DNA from: Amoebophrya sp. A120
Taxonomy: Eukaryota; Protista; Dinoflagellata
NCBI GenBank assembly: GCA_905178155.1
Contig: CAJINV010000008.1
Span: 3,043,303-3,107,302 of the forward strand
Direction: 5' to 3'
DNA: 64,000 nt
This document shows, piece by piece, positions 49,501-61,500 of the stretch. The notes beneath the pieces are model-generated. The model did not search any database. It had not been told where the DNA came from and was given only the letters and a program-made list of their open reading frames with translations. Each line of letters begins with the position of its first letter. The stretch's first letter is position 1. The position numbers were made by a program, and so were the translations under genes.

Positions 49501-52500
49501 GCAAAAACGACGGTATGGTGAAGTGGCTCCAGCGCTTGCACATGCAGCACCGCAAACTGTACAGCAAGGTGGACGTGGCCAAACTACCCCTCGAAGCGGA
49601 CGTTCAGAGCCTCAACCGCTGCTACCAGCTGCCGCCCGCGCTCGACCTGAAACAGGCGGGGGCTGTGCTGCTGCCCGGAGACCCGCAGCTGAAGTCCCTC
49701 AACCTGTTCCAGAACGCCAAGCAGGAGCTGCCGCGGCAGATCCAGCGCTTCAAGCGCGCGAGCGCACGGGACATGGAAAGCGTCCACCACCTGCAGAGCC
49801 GACAGAAGAACATGCTCCAAATCTACAATCTCGATTTCCACTACCATTTTTCGAAGATGAAAAAGACCCATGGTGCTAAAAACGACCGCGACGGCCGCTC
49901 GACGTCCCGTTCCGGGCGGAAAGGACTGGGAAAGAGTGGCACTGGAAAGAAAGGACGCGGAAAGATGAGCCACAATCTTCGCGGGCGGGGCTACAATTAC
50001 TACAACTCCGTCTCCGACCAGGAACAAAATCAGTACGACCGGGGCCGCAACTACAGGCGTGCCGGCGCTGCGCACTGGCGTGACGAGGAACATTGGAATT
50101 ATAGCCATCACAGCAGAACTGCGTCTGCTGGAGGCGTCGTGTCGCGAGGATCTCGCTCCCACGAGAGCGCCGGAGGATCATATGGATCGTATCATCATTG
50201 CTTTAGTTACAACGACCAATATTCCCTCCACCATCCTCCACACCATGGCACCTCTCCTCAGCACCAGTTCGCGCACCTGCGCGACCTGCAGCGCACCACG
50301 CTGCCGTGCAAGCTGAAGCCGCGGAGGGACATGCACAAGCCGATGAGCGAGTGCACCGCGGAGGAACGCCACTGCCGCTACTCCTACTATCTATTGCAAA
50401 TTATGTGTCAGGGTGGTCCGCAAGATTGCCAAAGTTGTGCTTCTGAAGTCCTATTTATTTTCCTCAGCTCTACTGCAGTACGGTAGTGTGTGCGGAAGAA
50501 CCTTAGCGCTGCGTCGTTTTTTGTCATGTTGCACAAACGCGAATTCTGATTTTCATCTGCATTTTTATACCGGTACCCACCAGCACAGGAGAACCGATCA
50601 CGATCAGGAATTTGTCTTGCTTGGCAGCTGCGTATTTATTTACGGAAGTCAGTCCTCCGCACCGCCTGCGAGACGAGCAGGACAGCTTTTCAGAACTCCC
50701 AGACGTAACATGTACTTGCAATGCATACCTACCTACGCGAGATCAAAGACGTGGGTAGCACTGTTTTGCTTCACGCCGCCAAGGACCAGAATCTATTCCG
50801 GAACCGCAAGGACGACACTTTGGACCCGCGCACGCGGGAGGCCCGCAACCAGATTTGGCGCATGTGTTCTCTGGTGTGCGAGGAGTACGCGTTCTCTGGT
50901 ACAGCCATCTTCAACGAGAACGTGGTCGCGAAGAGGAAAGCACTCGATGAAGCAAAGGAGAGAAAGGAAAAAGTAGAACAAGAACGCTTGCAACAGCTCC
51001 AACAGAGCAAGCCGGAAGAGCAAGAGCAAGATGCCGACGGCGCGGCCACTCAGGCAGCTCATGCTGCAGATGTGCCCGACGAGACGAACAGCAGCACGAC
51101 GTGCGACGGGAAGAAATGTGATGGAAACGATGCCACGACGGCGGTCGCAGTTGGAGCTGTCGCAGCCGCGATCTCGGCCAAAACTAGAAGAAGAAGCCCG
51201 CCGGCCAACGTGGACGAGCAGGTACAGGTAAATGCAGCACACTATACCGAGCATGGGCAAGAGCCTCTGGCTCGGCCCGCCGCCGCGGGTGAGATCCACC
51301 TGCTATCGAGCAGCAATAGCTCCGTGATGCAGGGGCAGGACGAGAGAGGTGAAAAAAATCAGCTACAAGAAGTACCATGTGCCGGGCACGACGAATCCAG
51401 AAATAAAACAAAAAACAGATTGCGAGGAAGTCCTTCCAGCCCCCAGTCCCGAAAGAGGGGAGGCGAACACCGATCAAGTGCGGAACACCAGCGGCAGCAG
51501 GAAGTAGAACATGCTGAAACTAAACGTAGCAGTTCATCCGCAAAAATTATCAAAACGCGAAGATCTGCTTCAGGAGCAAGCGCACACCGCAAGAAGAAGC
51601 GAAGAACTGGCGACTCTAGGGGGACTGATTTGGTTCGTCATGAAGACTCGTCGCCGTCGAATCGCTCAACTTCGACGGCTCCGTCCACCGGTTGTTCCGG
51701 GGCATCAGGCGTACGCAATTCTCGCCCGGAACTCGGGCCGACAAAATATGGTGCCTGCGCTGGCTCGGCGCGAAATTTGTTATACGATCGTTTTTTCTGT
51801 CCGCCGCAAGAGCTGCAGGGAAGTAGTGCAACGAATTTGGGTTGTAATTTTGTTCACAAGCTCAGAGACGACCCACAGGACGAGCTTCGCGCAAATTTTC
51901 GTTTTTCCCCGACGACAAGCACGGGAGTCGTTGATGTTACCTACGACATTAAAGACCTGGAACGATTTCTGGCGGTTTACTTGGTTCGGGAAAATCTGTG
52001 CGACAGTGAGGTCGATTCCGCCACAGTATTTCCACGAGGCAGCAGTTCAGTGCAACCAGTTCGTGGCTATCACCATCATCAAAGTGCTGCGCCACCACCA
52101 GGGTCGACCGAGGAGACGAGGAAGTTTGAGGGCGGCACTGGTTCACTTCACGAAGACGTGCCGGAATTGCTGCAGTTCTTGTTCAAGCGACAACACCATT
52201 GCTGGAGCAGGTCTGCTCCCCACGACCAGGAGACGCCTCGCGCCAGCTGCAGCAGAACGGGAGATCCACAGGGCGGACCGGGACAGCACCAGCTGCAATG
52301 CGCGGTAGCGGTCTCCGGTGACAGTTCTCACGGCCCCGACGCTTCATGTCAAGAGAAGTCAGGAGTCGTCGCGGAGCCGCAGCCTGGCGAAGTCGGCGTA
52401 CGACCAGAAGAAAGAGACGACCACGTGGCACCTCGCGAAAAAGCTTTTGACGAACATTGTGTTGGCGCCATCGATCCGGAGCTGCAGCAGGGTCTGAGGC

Positions 52501-55500
52501 TAGTCCATGCTGGACGAGATGAAGAGAACACGTCTCGTCCCGCTGGTCATCTCAGCAGCACGTCCTGGTGCTTATTCGGCGCTAGTAGTGCCACGGCGGC
52601 GACGACATCTTCAGGCGAGGGAGGGCTGACTGAGGAAGATGATCAGGATGATTTGATGATGCAAGAGCTACTGTATGCACTGTAAATTAATGCATTGATC
52701 TGGAGGATGTGGGTTTGAATTGTTCCTGTTGTCGTGCGGCTTGCGTGTAAGTAATTCTAATTTGTAGTTGGCCATCGGCGTCTCCGGGATCTCGGCCTTG
52801 GTCTGTCATTGGCGAGATGTAGATGTTTTGTCATTGTCATGCGGTTGCGAAGAAGTCTGTCACTCCGCTTTGCCAAGGCGCAACAAGCTTGCGCAACCTC
52901 GTTGTGCGCTCCGTATGCTACAACACAAATGATGCCCGCTCATGCAAGGCCCAGCAACACGAATACGAAAGCGACTCACTGTCCAGAGCCAGATCTGGAA
53001 TTTGCAGTCGATATTTTGGGGGGCATAGCCACATCAGAGGCGGTCTCGGAGGAACAAGGGATGAGTCCTCGTGAATGTGACCGCTCGAATCAAGCACTGA
53101 CCCGGTCGACCCCAGATGGTAGCGAGCAAGAGCTGCATCACCCCGCTTCATCAGAAGTTTCACCGGAACTCCAGAGTGATGAGGAGCCGTCCGTCGGCAC
53201 CGCCCGTAAAGGTGACGTCGACGAAGACCAAAACGCGACACACATCCGAATGACACCGCGAGCACAGCCTCCGGAAGGAGGTCTAGCATCTCTATTTTCA
53301 GTTGGCAACGATACCAACCCTGATGATGTCGCAAGTCAGGCAACGACTGCGGCTTCTTCTCTCGTCGACTTGTCTACGGCGGTTTTTCTCCCTTTTCAAG
53401 CCGCCTTTACCGCCGTGGCGTGGCCGGAGATGCGAAACGATTTCAGTGGCAAGCCGTGGCTTCTAGCGGACGAAAAGCGAAATAAAAGTAGCCAGACCCC
53501 GATCAATTTGGACGACGTCGCGGTAGATGAGAATCTCGACTTGTTTGAAGCACCAGCAACAGCAATTCGCGGAGCGGAAGAAACAGAAGATGTAGTAAGC
53601 CCTCGTCTCGATGAGAGTCTACTACGCACATCAAATGTTGTGAAGGCACCCCCGGCAGCGTGCACCTCATTTTGCATCGGCAGCAGCGGCCGTTCCTTCT
53701 CTGTGTTGAGGTTGACGTCGACGCAAGAGAAGCGTAAACTGGTGGACACTTTGCACAAGCAATACGGCCTATTCCAGGCCCTGTACAAAGGCAAGTCAAT
53801 ACTTGCGGAGCTGCCAACCGGGCTCGTGCTGCCCCCGTACGAGCTTTTTCGCCGTGTCGTGCCGAATCCTTCTGAAGATACTCAAGGAGCTGTCCACCAA
53901 GATACCGCTGCCGCGGGGGTCAATGAAGTGGATGAAGCCCAAGCCTCCTCTGGTCATTATTCTTTCGCTGCTCTACCGCGTGTAGCTGCCGCAGTGAAGA
54001 AGTTTGAAACCCTGCTGGCAAATTCGCTGATGTACTATGCGGAGCCACGGTACCGTCAGGACCGCCGGAAATTTTTTCGGGAGAACGGCCGGCCTTTCCT
54101 TCCACTGCAAAGGAAGGAGCTCAACGTCGGCCGCTTTATGCAATCCGCTATCGCGAGACAGCTCACGACGACGTGGCAGGAGAACGACGAGGAGAAGAAG
54201 GTCGGCGTTGTTGCATCAAATTCTCATCCTGGAGGAGGCGGTGCCCGTGCCCCGCTAGAAGGACAACTACAACCGGAGCCATTGCAGCAGCACCACAGCG
54301 TTGTGTCGGTGCAGCAAAAAATCAAGATGCGGTACCGTGTGGCCAAGCGGGTGCCGAACAAGGACCACAACATTGCGGCCAGTGCAAGGAGTTTTGCACG
54401 ACGGACAAGCACTAAGCCGCCGTGCCTAACAAGTCGGACTAGGATGCATGATCCACTTCGTAAACATCATTACTTCTCACACCGCTTTTCGTCGTCGCCG
54501 TGTAATGAGAATCAGATTTGGAGCGACAACACGACCGAGTTTTTACACCAACTACGGCTGGATTTGAAAGGCGCAGGAGGTTCACTCGCAAAAAAGTGCG
54601 AAGTCCTGCAGTGCTACGCCTGGGAATTTTACCACGAAAAGCGTGCCTTGCTGCTCAAGTCCGCGTTGGCGCAGAAAGGAACTGTGGTTGGAGCGACAGT
54701 CGCTACCCTGGACAAGGAGCGTCCGCACGAAGTAGTAGACCCGGCACGATTTTTAGAAGAGAAGCAGCTACAGAGCTCTTCTTTCAGGCCAGAGCCAGGC
54801 AGTTCAGAAGATGCACCAGAGCTGATTTTGCAACAAGTGCTTGCGAACAACAGGAGAAGAAACAAAAAGCGTGACAAAAGAAAGCACGAGCAGCTCTACG
54901 CACACAGCCTTGCTGAAGTCGTCCGCGCATACACGCAAGCTGCAGCTTATGCATGGCGTTCTCCAACTTCTTACACGTTACATGGACATCTGTTTTGCAT
55001 GATTTTTAAGGCTGGTTCGTGATGCAAGAATCCATAAACACGCCAAATAAAAGGCGAAGCTTGCTCTTCGGCCCCTTGCATTCCACTTTAAAATAATACC
55101 ACAAGTTTGGTACGGATCAAAGTCTCAAACGGGTTACTCGACTGCTCTCAACGACGAGAAGCGCGTCGCAACTTTGTCTTGCGAGACAGGTTCAAGGGCA
55201 TGCGAAAGCTGATAGAGGCTTTGTGTGAGAAAAAAGCAGCTCAAGCAAAATTCTGTGGCAGATGTCCACGTGAAGACGGTTGGGGTTGAAAACGGGATAA
55301 AGCTGCCTCACCTGCTTCCCACACGTTTGCTGGTGAACAGGATCATCGGGAAAAAAGGGAGGAGAGCAGCTGCGCCTCTATTTTCATTGAGGCAAAAAAT
55401 CCGCCAACGCCATCAACTCGTCCGGAGGATGCCGTCAAGCTGGAGGATCCTGGGCGGAGAACTGCGGACCACCAGCACGGGAACGCTTTCCTGCACGAAC

Positions 55501-58500
55501 TGGCGCACTTGGCCTCCGCGGAGACCAACTGCACAAAAATCGAAGCGGCTGACGCGGATGCAGCGTGCCGGTTTTTGCAGGAAATTATTCGTCGAGAGGA
55601 CGACCGCTCTGGTCGTGCCGGCGGTGGTTTAGAAGGCGCGCCGTTCCGCCCGCCGTCAGAGGAAGAAACCACGAGAAAAAGGTTTTTGAACTCTCCGTGG
55701 GCGCAACTGTTGCATATCATTACCCCGGAAGAGCAGCAGTCTGTGACGTTGAACGAGGCCATCGTGGAAAGCATGTGTCCCTTTGTGAGCCGAAAACAAG
55801 AAGAAGAGAGGAAAAGGCGGAGTGCGCAGTTGGAAAAAATCAAAACCGCGATTCTTGGCTGCTTGCTGGAAGAAGAGCAGGATACTTCGGCAGTATTCGA
55901 CGTCACAGCTGCGACGTGCCAGGATTTAGTTGACGGGCTGCAGGAGAACGATTTTGTTGCAACAAGTGATATAAAGATTTCACCACTGGAAACACTGCGG
56001 AAATGGCTCCTGCCGACCCCTGAGGACATCACGACAAGATTTCCTTCAGCAAAATGTCGGAGAAACGAAGGCCGAAGCGGCACAGTGGACGGAGAAGATG
56101 GTGCACCCGCTACGGAAGCTGTTTCTGATTCTGTGCGTTTTTGCGAGGACGAGGGCGCAAGTGATTGTGTGGGCGATGAGAAAGTGGACGAGGCTCATTT
56201 TCTCTCCAGCAGAACGGCACGAGATAAACATTCATCGGAAGAGGAAGAGCATACAGCTTCCTCTCAACCACCGTACGACCACATGCTAACGAAAATGCTC
56301 CACAACGAGTGTGAGAAAGTTATTCGAGCACACGCACGGGTGAAAGCCTGGACGCAGAAAAAGCTGGAACGGTTGTGGAAATCAGCGACAAAGATGAATC
56401 CAACAAGAGGACAAGACGGGGCACGAGGTTGTGATGGGGACGATATTAAAGGTGCGAACTCTGATGATGTTCAGCATTGTGAACGACAAACTTTTGAAGA
56501 TTTCGTCAACCAGTGCACCGCTGCTGATCCCTTCGACCTCGTGCGCGCCGCGCAGAAACGGGCGGATGAGGCGGTGCAGCGAACCATTCTCGCGCTCGCG
56601 CGAAGTACCGGATCCACTTGGGCTGACAAACATTTTCCTCCCGATGATCCCAACCGCACAAGTGCAGCAGGCACCTTCCTGCAGTCGTCCCACCTGGAAC
56701 TGCAACTGGAGTTGCAGAAATATTCGAAGTTGCCGCTGTACCAAGAACTACTAGTAGAACGACGACGATGTGATAGTGGCGCTGGAGGTGAGGAGCGGGA
56801 TGAAATTTTTTCAGAAGCACGCCGGTACGCGTTGGACTTGAAAAAAGCAGAGCTCCGGGAAATGCGGATGCACGCATTTGCACACCTCTGCCGCCTGATC
56901 CACGCCTGGGAGTTTGATAACTACGACATGCGAAAAAAAATATTTCTCTCTCTCTGTGGATGGACCACGTACAATCGCCCGCATTTTCCGTCTACGTCTC
57001 CTACTTCCTCCCAGTTTCGAGAACCTGCGGAGACGAGCTCTTGCAAGAGTACCGAAGAACATCGCCGTGTGGACAGCGAGGCCGCGGGCGAAGAAGAGAA
57101 GGAGCGCCGGAAATCAAATACTTCTAACCGCGTCCAGAGGTGCAACGCTTCGCAGCATGGTTGTCGTCCAGAAGTGAGCTGCAAAATCGCAGAAGTGGTT
57201 TCATCAGAACCACTTGTTCCGTCGGAAGATGTTCGAATGAATTTTGAAGTCGGAGAAAGTAGAGAAAGAACGCATGCTAGTTGTTCTACCACCTACCCAT
57301 GCTTAGATATTTTTTCCACCTCGTACTTTCGCTCTGAAAAAGAGGCGGACTACTACAAGCTTTGGTACGAAAAGGAAGCAGCAGTGGCGGTTAATCGCAC
57401 AGGCGACGCGCTAACAACGATCCCCGAGAAGCTTGATGCGCTCCGCGCTCTAGAGACCCAGCAGACTGGGCGCATCGCGCAGCGCCGCGGGGATGTGGAA
57501 GATTGGAAAAAGGTGCAAGCAATGTATGAGGGTGAGGTTCTAGAGAAAAGGGTTTCGCAGTCGCAGGTCACAGCCGCAGCGGAGCAGGTTTCGGTCGCCG
57601 CAGGCGCATTGGAAGAAGAGGAAGCTCTGGGCACGGTGATGCGCGTACAGATAGAAAGACTCCAAACGAGATTTTTGTGTCTAGCCGAAGTGCACCAGCA
57701 GGGGGGACCAGAAGGAGCCGGCTACGTCACAGGAGGGGCAGCAGGGCGACAATCGAAAACACGAAATAAAACAGATGACGACTATTGCGGAGGTGGAACT
57801 GAAGGGAAGACTTTTGCGCGACAAAATAACACCGTCGTGCCACGGAGGTTAGCCACTTTGGTGCTACTGAAGCACGAGATCGAGAATTTCGCAGCCTGGG
57901 TTAAAGCACAAATGCGCATAAAACCTCCAAACTTCGCAAACATGACGAATCCCGCATCAGACACGACGACCGTCGTAGCAGGAGCGCAAGTTGACAAATC
58001 CTTTTCCGCCCCCCCGTGCGAATTGAGAAATCTTCTCCCCAGTGGTGACGCCGCGCGCGAAGGAGAGTCAGCTGCTACGGCAGAGTCAATTCCCGCGAAG
58101 AAAAATACTTACACCGTGAAAATGAACGAAAACATTTCGGGACCACGAACACGATCACCGGGCTCAATTTCTGTACCCGAGCGAGATCCCACGTCGAGGA
58201 CTGCACGCACCGTCGGAGACCAGGAGCAGCGTCATGATGAGCAAGGGCTTGTCGTTGCAAGTACCTTGTCGAAAATATGCATTGCAAGAGGAACGCACGA
58301 GTATGAAGAAATTGCACGCTTTGATGAAGATGCAAATTTCTATTCCCTGTTTTCAAAGACAAGTGTCGAGTTTGTCATGCTGGTTGGAGAGAGACCTTCA
58401 CCGCTCTGCTGATGCAGAGTCGCGTTTGCAATTACTCAGAGTACGATACTTTTGCAAAGGATAGATACGAGAATGCAGCGGCAGGTCGCACCCGTCGCAC

Positions 58501-61500
58501 CACCAGTCCGCCTGTAGCTCAACTTCAGCATCTGTGCAAGCACTGCTGCAAAAAAGAACCTTGCCACCCCTGCAGCAATTTCAGTTTGAGCAAGCAGAGC
58601 GGAGCGCCGACGCTGTCCTCCAAAGTGCACGGAAATACAAGTCATTTCTGCATTTCAACGAGAATCTTCTAAGCCCGGTTTTTTCGCAGAGCAAACAGAC
58701 CATTGCCTCCACGGTGGTGGTCTGGAATCCAGACTTAGCGACCTGCCGGGACACTCTGCAGATCCCTGTGCTCGACTTTCAACGCATGGGGGAAAACTTG
58801 TCAATCGGGCCGGCGGCGACGGAGCGTGCTTTGGCGGAGGCCGAGGATCCGGTTGGACATAGTTGCGCCTTTGGTCGTGCAGACCAACATGATCACGATT
58901 TTGGGTACGCCTATGAAGACCCTTCTTGCTCCAAGTCCAACGCGATCAATGATCGCGGTCCAGACAGGCGGAGCACAAGAGCTATCCTCCGGCGGAGAAT
59001 CTCGCCCTTTGATCACGCCCTATGCGCGGGCATGTTGAGTTCCGAGTCAGACGAGCCGGCCGTCGGGTACCACAAGGGGAGTGATACCAAAGAGGACGCG
59101 GCTGCCCGAAGACATAGGAGCAGACAGAGGAAACTTTTACGTCAGCGCGCTGCAGCCTCCGAGATGAAAGGCAGCCGTCGAGCCACGCAGTTGCAGGAGC
59201 TCTGCGCGTTGGAACAGCAACGTCGCAAGTTCCGGAAACTAGAGCGCCGCGTTGTCGCCACCCAACCCGTTTACGGAGAAGTCGACCTGGAAACGGTAGA
59301 GAAAGTCGAGCGGGGTTACTTTGTGTCAAAGAAAAAAAAGAGCCCCCAAAGAACCGCACGTAGCAGAGCCGGTTCTTTCTACAACGGTTCATTTTCGCGG
59401 CCGCACGCCCGCGCCAGCTGGGAGGAAAAACACAGAGCCAGTCGACCGGAAGAACAGAAGAGAACGTTCTTCGAAGGCCACTGCTCCCATGTTGATGAGC
59501 AAGATTCCTTTGCAACGTCGACAGATGATGAAAAAACCCAGCAAAACGAGATGGCTCAGCACGATAGCGCCGAGGGCGGCGCGTTCAAGGACCGTCGCTT
59601 CAACGATTGCAGCGGAGACAAGGAGATGGCAGCGAAATTGGCGGTGATGGCGAACCTTCTGCAGACGCAGTTCCGGGAGTTACGCGGACTGCAGTTGGAC
59701 ACAGAAGCGGAAATGCAGAACTGGAAGAGGTATCAAATGCAAATAAGTATGTCTGGGTCAGTCTGGAAGCAGAGGCACGCAAGGTTTGTCATGCATTTCG
59801 GCGACCAGGACCATGTAAATTATGGTCTGGATTACACAAAAAAGCATCTTAGATTTTGCGAGACCATCCTCATGCCTATCCTGTCATGCCTTGTGGTGGT
59901 GAATTATCTGGTAACCAAAGCGTCTATTGTCATTGCTATCTAAGTGTGCAGCTTGCCATTGCTATTCGCTGACATGCGTCACAACTTTCCAGACCCAGAT
60001 CGATATTTGCACTTGATAAGAGGCGGATCAACCAGAACCTTCTGAAGAGGCAGCTGCAGCGTGCCAAGAAAATATTTCTCCCCAGGATCGACGATAGCGA
60101 AGAAGAGGAGAAAGACGATATTGTGAGGAAAAATCCCCCTTCCCCATATCGAAAAGGTATGTTTCCGAAAATTTGTGTTGCTGACTTGAGACCACAAATC
60201 ACGTCTGTCTTGCAAGGAGACAAGTGTAGAGGCTTCCGCGCCACTATGGAAGCGCTTTGGCATGCTGTTGCGCCTAGGGGATAGCCGTCTGTATTGCTAA
60301 GCAAGTAGACCCAAACGCCCCTACCTAGGCCGCAGAGCTGGCTGCGCTGCCTTACTGCAAGACAAATCGGATTCGTGTACGCAAATCCAGCGTCAGAAAT
60401 TTCGTTTTGACGCAAAATTCCTTCATGACGTTTACCGGGTACGCGGTTCACAGTTTGTACTGGATTTCGTTAAAGGGACGCCCTGCCCTTAGCCTTCCAA
60501 AATCAGAAATTTCGTTTTGATATGGGGAGGGGGGATTTTTCTCTTTGATAGACGAAGAGGATGACGACGACTACCTGGACCTCGACTCGCGCCGCTCCAG
60601 AAGAGCGCCCGCTGCGCGGCCGGTTACTTGTGTGGAGCGAACTGTTCCGCCCCAACCGCTCCGTCGCGGAGACGAGGCTTGGCCCAGCGAGGACTACAGA
60701 GGTCTCCTTGGAGATGAACAGCCAGACGCTAATACTAGCAACTCCAGGCCGCCCGACACGAGCACGACGGGCGAAGCCGGAGGCTCCCGAGCAGCGCGAG
60801 GACGCGACATAGGAGCGGGCACATCAAACTCTTACCACACAAGCAAAAATCACCTTGTCCTCGAAGACCGGGTGGCGATGCGCATGCGGGACTATATCAA
60901 CTGCAAAAATGTCTGGGTCTGGAAGAATGCCAGACTTGTCATGCAGGTTTTCCATGACCCATGAGGTCTGGTATGTAGGACATAGCATGACAGATTCTGT
61001 GAGAGTTCTATCATGCCTATCCTGCATGAGAAACTGCCTCTCGATTAGGTCAAAAGTGGACAGCTTTTGGTAATCGCGCAACACAGATTTTTACAGGGCT
61101 CAGATTTAGCATGACAAGTTGCTTTGTTCCAGACCACCCAGACACTTTTGCATTTGATAGACTATGAGGACAAACTCGTGACCGACAGGATGGAAGAACT
61201 GGGGTGGCTATCATACAGAAGTTGCGCACACCTCCCGTAAGTAGAAGAAAAGTGAATTTTTTGCATTGCTGCTTTTGTTTCTTTTACCATCAAAAGCTCT
61301 GTGATAGTACTGAACCGCAAGAGAGGCAGATGTCTGAGATGGCGGACTAGCATGACCATGACAAAGCTACCTAAAGAAAATGTCATGCTGGACGCGGGGG
61401 TCTTTATGTGACGCAGAAAACGACCAAAAAAGCATGTTGACAAGTTCATTAAGTATTTTTTTCTCGTATGGACGAGGTACTTTTCTGTAGGATAGTGGAA

